Assembly (NCBI GenBank): GCA_032083065.1
Contig: DAMDOU010000003.1
Span: 9-64,008 of the forward strand
Source of the DNA: Paenibacillus sp.
GTDB taxonomy: Bacteria; Bacillota; Bacilli; Paenibacillales; Paenibacillaceae
Reading direction: 5' to 3'
DNA length: 64,000 bases
Shown piece after piece: positions 54,852 to 63,605 of the stretch; position 1 is the stretch's first letter; the number at the start of each line of letters is the position of its first letter. The notes under the pieces are model-generated. The model was not told the DNA's origin, made no database searches, and was given only the letters and a program-made list of their open reading frames with translations. Made by a program: the position numbers and the translations under genes.

Positions 54852-54954
54852 GTGAGTGGGGAACCATCTTCGCAGAACATCTATCACAAATAAAGAGCCA
54901 TCGAACAAGTAATTTTATCTGTTTTGGGACATTCCCTTTAAGTTATCGGTTTGG

Positions 54955-55815
54955 CTACGCTTCATTCCACATCCGGTTGACGTTATCGAAAGCGATTTTC
55001 GTACCGGACAGACAGTCTTCCATGCCTTCGTACTCGATGGATAGGAACCCGTCGTAACCCGAGTTCTTGATCCCACGGATGATTTCCGGCAGGTCGAGAT
55101 CGCCATGCCCGGCGATCGCACCCCGCAAGTGGTTGCCGCCGGCGCTTTGGAACCATCCGGCTCCCGGATTGCGATAAGATGGGCGGACGTAGAAGTCCTT
55201 AATATGGATCATCGAAGCAAACGGAAGATTGCTTTTTACGGCCGTCACCGGATTCTCGTCCACGCAGACGAAGTTGCCTACATCGAGCGTCGTTTTGTAG
55301 TTAGGCCGATCCACCGCATGGATCAGCGCCTGAACGCGATCGCTGGCCTGTACGTAATAGCCGTGGTTCTCCACGCTCGTTACGATGCCGTATTGCGCAG
55401 CATGGTCGGCGATTCGGCGGCAAGCCGCAGCGATCCGGTCCAGATCTTCATTGAATCGGAGTATCGAGGTGTCCTCGCGGGAAGCGACGTCATGCCGCAT
55501 CAGCTTCGCACCCAGCCGATGGGTGCGATCCACCTCGCGGATGACGCGAGCGATCTCCGCTTCATATTCCTCTTCCGTATCGGTGATGAAGTTGGCGCCG
55601 ACGGCGACATTGGAGATTTCCATGCCGACCGCCTTCGCCTTGGCTTTGATCTTCTCTTCCAATTCGGGATGTGTATCAAAGTCGAACCCCAGCCCCGGCA
55701 CGATTTCTATGTGACTGGCCCCGATGCCGGCCATCCATTCGATCGCTTCTTCAATGGTCATACGACCGTCTTGCATGGCTTGATATAAACTATATGAACT
55801 AATGCCTAATTTCAT
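54955..55815 (-). CDS. Sugar phosphate isomerase/epimerase (xylose-isomerase-like TIM barrel) family protein
   Basis: Alternating beta/alpha pattern with family-typical conserved positions (GASHIEI, VENH, MIHIKDF, LSIEYEG). AGAGGGAGAGG RBS. Confidence 0.85.
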   Translation of the reverse strand: MKLGISSYSLYQAMQDGRMTIEEAIEWMAGIGASHIEIVPGLGFDFDTHPELEEKIKAKAKAVGMEISNVAVGANFITDTEEEYEAEIARVIREVDRTHRLGAKLMRHDVASREDTSILRFNEDLDRIAAACRRIADHAAQYGIVTSVENHGYYVQASDRVQALIHAVDRPNYKTTLDVGNFVCVDENPVTAVKSNLPFASMIHIKDFYVRPSYRNPGAGWFQSAGGNHLRGAIAGHGDLDLPEIIRGIKNSGYDGFLSIEYEGMEDCLSGTKIAFDNVNRMWNEA

Positions 55816-55842
55816 AGTGAATCCTCTCCCTCTTTTAAGCTA

Positions 55843-56721
55843 TCAAGCTCGATATGATTGAATGAAAGATACCGCTTTGGCAATGTCCGCCGCGGGATTT
55901 GCGCCTACCTCGCGTTCGATCGTCAGGTAACCGGTGTATCCGATTTCCTGCAGCGCGGCGAAATAAGCTGGAAAATCGACGCTGCCCATGCCGAGCGGAA
56001 CTTCTTCGAAGGCGGCGCCGGAGGCGGCCATTTCGGCGATTTTGGCATGGTCCATCGCGCTGTGGCCGAGATACCCATACACGTCTTTTGGATCGACGTA
56101 TCGAAGCCGTTTGCCATCCTTCACATGCGTATGGACAATGTAATCACGCAGTGTCTTGGCCCCTTGGACCGGGTCGTCGCCCGTGACCATGACCATATTG
56201 GCCGGGTCGAAATTGACGGAGACTCCGTTCGTGCTGAGCGTATCCAGGAAGCTCTTCAAATGGGCCGCCGGTTCAGGGCCGGTCTCGATCGCAAAATAGG
56301 CGTTCATGCTCTTGGCATAGACGCCAAGCTCTTCGCAGGCTTGCTGCATGGCCTCATAGATGCGGCTGTTCGGGTCCTCCGGCACGATGCCGATATGCGT
56401 CGTGACGATATTCGTGCCGAGCTCGACGGCCAGATCGAGTATCCGCTTAGATTTATCGATCTTGTCCGGATTAGCTTCCGCGTCTTGAAACCCGTGTCCC
56501 GCGAGGTCCCCGCAGAGTGCGGACACTTCGAGTCCGAGGTCCTCGATGTAAGCCCGGAATTCCCGCCGATTCGCCCCTTTGAGCACCGCCGGGTCCATTT
56601 CGCCGGAAACGGCGTAAATTTGAACGCCGTCGGCGCCGACCTCCTTGGCCTTTTTCAAACCATCCCGCACGCCCAGCCCGAAGCTGTCGACAATGACGCC
56701 GATCTTATTGTTCAGTTTCAA
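55843..56721 (-). CDS. Sugar phosphate isomerase/epimerase (xylose-isomerase-like TIM barrel) family protein
   Basis: GADGVQIY, FAIETG, HTHVKDG and LTIEREV segments. TTG start 10 nt after GGAGG. Confidence 0.85.
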   Translation of the reverse strand: MKLNNKIGVIVDSFGLGVRDGLKKAKEVGADGVQIYAVSGEMDPAVLKGANRREFRAYIEDLGLEVSALCGDLAGHGFQDAEANPDKIDKSKRILDLAVELGTNIVTTHIGIVPEDPNSRIYEAMQQACEELGVYAKSMNAYFAIETGPEPAAHLKSFLDTLSTNGVSVNFDPANMVMVTGDDPVQGAKTLRDYIVHTHVKDGKRLRYVDPKDVYGYLGHSAMDHAKIAEMAASGAAFEEVPLGMGSVDFPAYFAALQEIGYTGYLTIEREVGANPAADIAKAVSFIQSYRA

Positions 56722-56753
56722 TGCGCATTCGCCTCCTTTTCGGAATAAAGAAT

Positions 56754-57812
56754 TTAAAAATGAATTTCTCTGCCTTCCGCGGCGGATTGATAAACCGCGT
56801 TCAAAATTTTAATCATTTCTACGCCGTCCTCGACGGGGCTGTTGGTTGTGATGTTTCCCAGGCAGCTGTCGATGAAATGGGCGATCTCATTGTTGAAGCT
56901 GCCCTGGAAGTCGAAGCCCGGCGTGCTGATTTGCGGATCGATATTAATGATCGTGTTGTGCCGTTCGGTCACGATAGACAGCACCGGCTCGATTTCGGCT
57001 CCGCCGCGTTCGCCGTAAATATTGACCTGGGCCGAGTTGTCCCGGGCATGGAGTGAAAAGCTGACGTCGACGAGGAGCGAAGCTCCGTTCTCGAACCGGA
57101 TCATTGCATTCGCCATGTCCTCCACCGTGTTCAGCGAAGCATCGTAATCGGCCGCCTTGTAAAAGTCGTAATTTTCTATGTTAGAGCGGTTACCCAGTTT
57201 GTTGTACGTATTGCCGCTTACGGATTTGACCTTGGGCTTGCCCATCAGATACCAGCACAGGTCGATCACATGCACGCCGATATCGATCAGCGGTCCGCCT
57301 CCCGAGCGTTCGCGGTCTGCGAACCATCCGCCCGGATTACCGAGTCTGCGAATCAGGCTTGCCTTGGCGAAGTAAATTTCGCCGAGGTCTCCGGCGTCGA
57401 TAAACTTCTTCAGCACGGCAATATTGGAGGCATGACGACGAACGTATCCGACTTGGAGAAGCTTGCCGGACCGGCGTACTGCATCCTCTACGCGCAGCGC
57501 TTCGTCAACGGTTTTGCAGAGCGGCTTTTCGCACAGGACATGCTTGCCGGCCTCTAACGCAGCGACACTGATTTCGGCATGGGAGTCGTTCCAGGTGCAA
57601 ATGCTGACGGCATCGATTTCCGGGAGGGCCAGCAAGTCGCGGTAATCGGTATACACATGGGGAATGTTGTATTTGCGGGCTGTTTCTTCGGCCCGTTCTT
57701 TGTTGAGATCGCAGACGGCAGTCAGTTCAACCCGCGGATCAGCTTGGTAAGCCTGAAGGTGGCTTTCCGAGATCGATCCGTTGCCGATGAGTCCAATGTT
57801 CAATTTGTTCAT
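56754..57812 (-). CDS. Gfo/Idh/MocA-family NAD(P)-dependent oxidoreductase
   Basis: Rossmann N-terminus LNIGLIGNGSIS and the VLCEKPL motif. The ATG at 57812 is 8 nt after AAAGGGTGGAAG. Confidence 0.9.
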   Translation of the reverse strand: MNKLNIGLIGNGSISESHLQAYQADPRVELTAVCDLNKERAEETARKYNIPHVYTDYRDLLALPEIDAVSICTWNDSHAEISVAALEAGKHVLCEKPLCKTVDEALRVEDAVRRSGKLLQVGYVRRHASNIAVLKKFIDAGDLGEIYFAKASLIRRLGNPGGWFADRERSGGGPLIDIGVHVIDLCWYLMGKPKVKSVSGNTYNKLGNRSNIENYDFYKAADYDASLNTVEDMANAMIRFENGASLLVDVSFSLHARDNSAQVNIYGERGGAEIEPVLSIVTERHNTIINIDPQISTPGFDFQGSFNNEIAHFIDSCLGNITTNSPVEDGVEMIKILNAVYQSAAEGREIHF

Positions 57813-57934
57813 TGTTACCGCTTCCACCCTTTCGTTATTCGCACGAATCTGCTACAATGTAACCGTTCGTTACGAGGGAATTTGTTTTATTTGTTCATTT
57901 GCAATTAATTTAACATGGATAATGAAAGGGGTGA

Positions 57935-58804
57935 ATGTACAGGGTGACAAAATATCTGGATTATATGATCAGTCCTAACCCGATTCGCGTGCTTCACCCG
58001 GCAGTCGATCCCAAACGTCGGAGAATCAAGTCGATCTCCTTGGTCGGTGCGGGTCATTTGCCCGGGAGAACGATGCAACGGGAGAACGCCGATTTCAAAG
58101 AATGGGCTTTTGTAGTGATTACCGGGGGTGCAGGATATTATCAGGTCCAAGGCGGGGAAAGACAGAAGGTCGAGGCGGGGTCCTGGTTTTGCCTGTTTCC
58201 CGGCGTCGTATTTAATTACGGGCCTTATGAGGGCGGGTATTGGGATGAATATTATTTCACCGTAGAAGGCGACAGGGTAGACGAATGGTTGCAGGATTGG
58301 CTCCATGAGCCGCATCTTGTCAAAAGCGCATCCGTAGACGAGGCGTTGCTGCACAAAATGGAGATGATGTTTATGCTGATCGACAGCGGGGTTCCGAGCA
58401 ATTTGGACCGGGCTGCGATGATACTGGAGTCGCTGTTGTACGAGCTTGTAGCGCAAGGAGACCAGGCCGAAGCGGGGAACCGGGGACGGTCTGCTTTGAA
58501 GATTATAGATGACATTTCCCGCTCCCTGTATCTGCCTCATGAGGCGGAGGATATCGCGTCCAGACATCATATTTCCGTATCCACGCTGCGAAGAATCGTG
58601 CTTGAATATACAGGTTATCCGCTCAACGAATTTATTCATCGGCTCAAAATTGCGGAAGCCAAAAATATACTTCTGAACACGGATATGAGTGTCAAGGAAA
58701 TCGGGGAGGCGCTGGGATATAAGGATATGTTTTATTTTTCGAGAGTATTCAAGCGAATTACAGGCACCTCTCCCCGGGGTTACCGCAACAGGATCGGGCA
58801 GTGA
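57935..58804 (+). CDS. AraC-family transcriptional regulator (cupin-like sensor plus HTH)
   Basis: C-terminal HTH pair (HHISVSTLRRIVLEYTGYPLNEF; GYKDMFYFSRVFKRITGTSPRGYR). Divergent from the oxidoreductase operon. The start codon is uncertain. Confidence 0.85.
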   Translation: MYRVTKYLDYMISPNPIRVLHPAVDPKRRRIKSISLVGAGHLPGRTMQRENADFKEWAFVVITGGAGYYQVQGGERQKVEAGSWFCLFPGVVFNYGPYEGGYWDEYYFTVEGDRVDEWLQDWLHEPHLVKSASVDEALLHKMEMMFMLIDSGVPSNLDRAAMILESLLYELVAQGDQAEAGNRGRSALKIIDDISRSLYLPHEAEDIASRHHISVSTLRRIVLEYTGYPLNEFIHRLKIAEAKNILLNTDMSVKEIGEALGYKDMFYFSRVFKRITGTSPRGYRNRIGQ

Positions 58805-58836
58805 ACATACACCAACCAAAGATGGAGGCAGCAAGA

Positions 58837-60753
58837 ATGAAAGTACATTTTAACGGGTTAACGGAAGATTTGGCGCTTGGAATTTCCGAATTGTCGGATA
58901 TGCTGGGTTTGGAAATTCAGTCCCTCGACGATGAAGATATAGTGAAGGTTGAAGTTGTCCAATGCAGCGGTCCACTGGTCGTCTCTCGGACGGGTACACA
59001 GGGCCGGATTCAATATGAGAGCAAGATTCATTTTTACCGCGGTTTGGGTCTGTTTGCGGAACATGCGAAGCAGGAGGATAAGTTCAAGATAACAGAACAG
59101 CCGAGATTTGATTTTAACGGAACGATGTTGGACGCCTCCCGCAACGGAGTGATGCGCGTAGAGACGATCAAGCAGTTTATCCGCTATATGGCGGTCATGG
59201 GGCTTAACGGATTAATGATGTATACCGAGGATACTTATGAAATCGAAGGCTTGCCATATTTCGGGTATATGCGGGGGCGTTATACGATCGAAGAGCTTCG
59301 GGAATGCGACGATTACGCCGATCTGTTCGGGATTGAGATGATCGCCTGCATTCAGACGCTCGGCCATCTGTTCCATGCGTTGAAGTGGAATTATGCGGAG
59401 CCGATTCGGGATCACAGTGATATTTTGCTTCCGGGAGCACCAAAAACCTATGAATTTATCGATCAAATGATCAGTACGGCAGCCAAGACCTTCCGGTCGA
59501 GACGCATACATATCGGTATGGATGAGGCGTTCCAGGTCGGATTGGGCCGCTATTTGCGTGAGAATGGGTTCCGCGACCGGTTCGAGATTATGAACGAGCA
59601 TGTCGGCAAAGTGCTTCAAATCTGCCAAAAATACAACCTTCACCCGATGATCTGGAGCGATATGTATTTCAACTTGTTAGCGAACGATTATCAGGGCCAT
59701 TTATACAATATTCATGCCGACTTTTCGGAGGAAAATATGGACAAAATTCCGGAAGGTGTCCAGTTTGTCTTCTGGGATTATGGCCGTGGCGATGAGGAAG
59801 GGTATGAGAAGCTGTTCGATATGCATCTTCAGCTGGGGTCGCCTCCGATCTTCGCAGGTGGCATTCATATGTGGAATTCGATGGCGCCGAATTACGGCAA
59901 GACCTGGACGACAAGCCATCCGGCCCTGTGCGCCGCCAAGAATAAGGGGGTCAAGGAAGTGTTCGCAACGGCTTGGGGGGATAACGGAACGGAAACGAAC
60001 CATTTCGTCATTTTAGCCGGATTACAGCTGTTTGCGGAGCACGGATACGGGGATGAAGTGGATGATGAGCATCTCGCCAAACGCCTGAAGGCCTGCACGG
60101 GACTGGATTTGTTTGATCTATTGGTTTCGCTAAAATATATGGATGAGGTCCCTGGGGTAGACGAAGGCAACCACTGGATGGCCAATCCAGCCAAATTCCT
60201 GTTGTGGCAGGACTTAATGTCGGGCATGTTCGACGGCCATATTACCCCCGAATCCGAAGCCGTGCTGCCGGCGCATTATGCAGAGCTTCAGAGAAAATGG
60301 CAGACCTGCAAGGAGGATTTGTCCAGCCCGTTCCATGAACTGTTCGACGTTTACGATAAATTGGCGGGCGTGTTGACTATGAAATCAACGCTTGGCGTAC
60401 GGCTGAAACGCTGCTATGAGGAACGGAGCATCGGTGAGTTGCAACGGATCGTTGCGGAGGAGTTGCCGGAATTGCTGCTTCGTGTGGAGAAACTACGGCT
60501 TGCCCATCGGGCGCTGTGGATGTTGACCTATAAACCGTTTGGCTGGGAAGTGCTCGATATCCGATACGGCGGGCTCAAGGCACGAATCCAATCGGCGGGC
60601 GACCGGATCAGCGATTATGCGGAAGGCCGGATAGAGGTTCTTGAGGAACTTGCGGCCGAGAGGCTGATCTTTGATCAGATCGGCACTCCGACGGCGCCGC
60701 TAAACGTAACGGGCCTGTATCAGTCCATAGTGACTGCCGCTTCGCTGACTTAA
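58837..60753 (+). CDS. GH20-like beta-N-acetylhexosaminidase (putative)
   Basis: TIM-barrel segment NGTMLDASRNGV...GLNGLMMYTEDTYE...IQTLGHL...RIHIGMDEA with a D-E catalytic pair as in GH20 HxGGDE. The ATG at 58837 is 8 nt after GGAGG. Assigned from motif memory only. Confidence 0.65.
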   Translation: MKVHFNGLTEDLALGISELSDMLGLEIQSLDDEDIVKVEVVQCSGPLVVSRTGTQGRIQYESKIHFYRGLGLFAEHAKQEDKFKITEQPRFDFNGTMLDASRNGVMRVETIKQFIRYMAVMGLNGLMMYTEDTYEIEGLPYFGYMRGRYTIEELRECDDYADLFGIEMIACIQTLGHLFHALKWNYAEPIRDHSDILLPGAPKTYEFIDQMISTAAKTFRSRRIHIGMDEAFQVGLGRYLRENGFRDRFEIMNEHVGKVLQICQKYNLHPMIWSDMYFNLLANDYQGHLYNIHADFSEENMDKIPEGVQFVFWDYGRGDEEGYEKLFDMHLQLGSPPIFAGGIHMWNSMAPNYGKTWTTSHPALCAAKNKGVKEVFATAWGDNGTETNHFVILAGLQLFAEHGYGDEVDDEHLAKRLKACTGLDLFDLLVSLKYMDEVPGVDEGNHWMANPAKFLLWQDLMSGMFDGHITPESEAVLPAHYAELQRKWQTCKEDLSSPFHELFDVYDKLAGVLTMKSTLGVRLKRCYEERSIGELQRIVAEELPELLLRVEKLRLAHRALWMLTYKPFGWEVLDIRYGGLKARIQSAGDRISDYAEGRIEVLEELAAERLIFDQIGTPTAPLNVTGLYQSIVTAASLT

Positions 60754-60765
60754 AGGTATTGTCCT

Positions 60766-60799
60766 AATAGAAGATCGCCCTTCGGGCGGTCTTCTATTG
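60766..60799. terminator. 15-bp hairpin between the convergent GH20-like and WYL genes
   Basis: AATAGAAGATCGCCC-ttcg-GGGCGGTCTTCTATT (one G:U pair). There is no clean U-tract. The WYL gene stop codon lies inside the right arm. Confidence 0.55.
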
Positions 60800-61744
60800 A
60801 TATGTTTTCAGCAAATCGGATAGCCGGTTCCTGATTTCGTCTACCAGCTCTTTCGGCTCCTTCACCGCCGCATCGCGGCCCAAGCCGATAAAAGTCTTCG
60901 CTAGAAACGGGATATCCTCCAGCGGGAAGGATCCGTTTAAATAGCCGGTTCCGTCTTCACGGATATGCAGATTCATGCGCCGGACTAACTCCGGATCGCA
61001 CGATTCCACGCCGATTTTACTGAGCTCCACATGAGCGCTGGCGATGTTCCGTTTCGACCGGATCTCATCCTCCCAATTTCCAAGGTGTATGTGACGGAGA
61101 TCCAGCGGACTTGCATCGGCATGTGGGACAGCGTTATGGATGCGGTCGCATCGGAACAGCCGGAAGTCTTTCCGTTCGAAGCAATAAGCAGGGCAATACC
61201 AGAGCCCGCCGCTGGCGTAGATGCCGATCGGCTGAATGATCCGGGGGGTCGGCTTAGGGCGCTGCGGGGATTCGTATTCGATGGCGACCACCTGCTGCCG
61301 GATCGCCGCATCCAGCAAGGTAGTCAGGTAAGGAAATTCCGTCTTTCTTTGCGGCGTGACGAAATCCACCCGATTTTTTAACTCGTCGATCCGGTCGCGA
61401 ACCTCCCCGGACATGTAATTGTAGAATTTGCCCAGCGCCTGGGCAGCTTCCGTTTCAAAGGGGAGATATTTATAATGGCGTAACGCATGGCTCGCAAAAA
61501 AGATGGACACCGCCTCCTCCTCAGTAAAAGCAATGGGCGGCAGCACCCGTTCGTTCAACACCTGATAGCCTCCGTGAGGGCCGACTTCGGAATACAAGGG
61601 GACTCCCAGTTCGCTGAGTTCCTGCAAATCCCTTAAGATCGTTCTCGAAGATACGCCGAATTCGTCGGCCAGTTCCCGGACGGTAAATTTCCGTTTCCGG
61701 TTGACGGTCATCATCAATTCCAGCAATCGCTTGGATTTCGGCAT
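60794..61744 (-). CDS. YafY-type transcriptional regulator (HTH plus WYL domain)
   Basis: N-terminal HTH (FTVRELADEFGVSSRTILRDLQELSELGVPL). WYL-like core (GGLWYCPAYCFERKDFRLFRCDRI). AGGAGG RBS 8 nt upstream. Confidence 0.85.
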   Translation of the reverse strand: MPKSKRLLELMMTVNRKRKFTVRELADEFGVSSRTILRDLQELSELGVPLYSEVGPHGGYQVLNERVLPPIAFTEEEAVSIFFASHALRHYKYLPFETEAAQALGKFYNYMSGEVRDRIDELKNRVDFVTPQRKTEFPYLTTLLDAAIRQQVVAIEYESPQRPKPTPRIIQPIGIYASGGLWYCPAYCFERKDFRLFRCDRIHNAVPHADASPLDLRHIHLGNWEDEIRSKRNIASAHVELSKIGVESCDPELVRRMNLHIREDGTGYLNGSFPLEDIPFLAKTFIGLGRDAAVKEPKELVDEIRNRLSDLLKTYQ

Positions 61745-61916
61745 GGTTCATGCCTCCTGCATATTTTTAGTAGTGATATAACTGGGACAAACTTTGTCAC
61801 TATTATGATCCACAATAAGAACCAAGTCCAACGGAAGCCGAAACGGCCCGGTATGCGGCAAATCTGAGTTCTTGCCTATGGTATACTTGCGTAATCAGAA
61901 AGGGGAGAGAAGGTTC

Positions 61917-62243
61917 ATGCTGGAGGAAACGACGGAACAACAACTTTTACAGCGGCTGGATACCGCGGACGGGAAGGAAGCGCTGTTCTTTCATACGCCG
62001 TTTTGCGGGACCTGTCGCCTTGCTGAGCGGATGCTGGACATAGTTGCGGTAACGGGCGGTATTGTTCAGGTGAGTAAGCTTAATATTAATTTTGCTCCGA
62101 CTCTGCGCGATCGTTGGCAAATCTCCAGTGTCCCCTGCCTGGTCATTCTGGAACAGGGGAATCCCGTACGCAAAGAGTATGCCATAGGGTCCGTGGTGGA
62201 CCTTCACCGATGGTTGGCAAGAGATGGAGAGTCAGTTCGCTGA
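61917..62243 (+). CDS. Thioredoxin-fold protein (CxxC)
   Basis: ALFFHTPFCGTCRLAERML with a CGTC active-site-like motif and a cis-Pro region (SSVPCLVIL). The ATG at 61917 follows AAAGGGGAGAGAAGG. Confidence 0.8.
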   Translation: MLEETTEQQLLQRLDTADGKEALFFHTPFCGTCRLAERMLDIVAVTGGIVQVSKLNINFAPTLRDRWQISSVPCLVILEQGNPVRKEYAIGSVVDLHRWLARDGESVR

Positions 62244-62360
62244 ACCCATTCCTATGTCTATCTATCCCTCACATTCCGATCTAGGCTAACACACAGTGTG
62301 ATCATCTCGCATAGAGTGTAAGGTATATTCAACTATCGGACTTGAAGGGAGTTTATCGAT

Positions 62361-63479
62361 ATGGCGGAACGGGAGCTTCATTATTTTGCCCGCGGTAATA
62401 CGGCGGCGGGGATGCACAGTCTGGTGAAATCCGTATTTCAAGGGGTGCGCACGCTTTATGTGCTTCAGGGGTACCCTGGAGGAACCGCAGAAATATTGGG
62501 CAGGCTGGCTTCGGAAGGGAAAATCCAGGGTTGGACGCTGCAACTGATTCACCAGCCGCTGGATAGCGATTTGCTGGAGGGCCTCATTATCGACGACCTG
62601 TCCGTCGGCTTGGTCGACGGGGCGGCATGGGGTGAGGACGTAGTTCTGGAGGAAACGGAAACGGTAGTCCGCTTCATTGATCTTCGTCCTGTGCTCGCCG
62701 CGGATAGGTTGGCTGCCGAAGCGGAAGCAATTCAAGAATTCGAGCGGGAAATCTCGGCGTTGTACGATAAAGCCTATGCTACCTTTCTGCAGACGCTGCG
62801 AATCCATGATGAATGGGAGAAGTTTTACATCGATAATCTGGATCGCGACAAAATGGATCAGTTAGCCGCGGACTGGAGCCACACTCACCTGACGCCGGAC
62901 GGAAACGGGGCCGGTACGCCGGCACGGGTAATTCACCGTTTCCTCGGAGCGGCCACATGGCGCGGGGCAGTCGACTTCGTGCCCAATTTGACCGATCGTC
63001 TGGACACGCGCATTTTCGTTAAAGGTCGTCCGGGTTCCGGCAAATCAACGCTATTCCGGAAGATCGCAGCGGTAGCGGAAGAGCGGGGCATCGATACGGA
63101 AGTCTACCATTGTGGATTCGATCCCGGCAGTTTGGATATGCTGATTTTTCCGGACCTAAGTTTGGCAATATTTGATAGCACGGCCCCGCATGAGCATTTT
63201 CCGGTCCGGGAAGGGGACCATATCTTGGATGTGTATGAAATGGCGATCACACCCGGCACCGATGAGAAATACGCGGATTCTATTCGCCGCGTGAAGGAAC
63301 GGTACACTGCATCCATGAAAGAATCGATTTCCCTGTTGGCCGAGGTGAAGGAGATCGTCCAGCGTTTGGAGGGAGTTTACCGGAACGCGGCAAACGAGCA
63401 AGCTTTGAATGAAATATCGGGCGGTCTGTTCGCTGAATTAAGCCGAGAGGTAGAAGTTCAAAACACGGTTTCGTCCTAG
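62361..63479 (+). CDS. Uncharacterised P-loop NTPase with internal duplication
   Basis: C-terminal half has Walker A FVKGRPGSGKSTL and DMLIFPDLSLAIFDSTAPHEH. The N-terminal half is a paralogous copy with a degenerate loop (VLQGYPGGTAEIL...EGLIIDDLSVGLVDGAAW). Confidence 0.75.
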   Translation: MAERELHYFARGNTAAGMHSLVKSVFQGVRTLYVLQGYPGGTAEILGRLASEGKIQGWTLQLIHQPLDSDLLEGLIIDDLSVGLVDGAAWGEDVVLEETETVVRFIDLRPVLAADRLAAEAEAIQEFEREISALYDKAYATFLQTLRIHDEWEKFYIDNLDRDKMDQLAADWSHTHLTPDGNGAGTPARVIHRFLGAATWRGAVDFVPNLTDRLDTRIFVKGRPGSGKSTLFRKIAAVAEERGIDTEVYHCGFDPGSLDMLIFPDLSLAIFDSTAPHEHFPVREGDHILDVYEMAITPGTDEKYADSIRRVKERYTASMKESISLLAEVKEIVQRLEGVYRNAANEQALNEISGGLFAELSREVEVQNTVSS

Positions 63480-63519
63480 TTGAACCCTTGTTCTGCGTGG
63501 TAACGAAATAGCCTTATAT

Positions 63520-63546
63520 GCCCGCTATAAACCTAGCGGGCTTTTT
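63520..63546 (+). terminator. Terminator after the P-loop NTPase gene
   Basis: GCCCGCTA-taaacc-TAGCGGGC followed by TTTTT. Confidence 0.75.
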
Positions 63547-63605
63547 GATATGATTATAGATACGACTGGAAATACATACCTTCTACAAGGCGGTGTCATT
63601 TGTAT

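Noticed and set aside
54785-55057. A 90-aa ORF spanning the repeat island and the 3' end of the TIM-barrel gene.
   Set aside because: It starts inside the inverted-repeat cluster, overlaps a supported minus-strand gene and has no RBS.
55858-56748. A 296-aa plus-strand ORF (and 55105..55788, 227 aa) antisense to the two TIM-barrel genes.
   Set aside because: The minus-strand genes have RBSs, operon spacing and family motifs. The antisense frames are Arg/His/Gly-rich with no signals.
57905-58834. A 309-aa minus-strand ORF antisense to the AraC regulator gene.
   Set aside because: The plus-strand frame encodes a textbook AraC HTH. The antisense frame shows no recognisable features.
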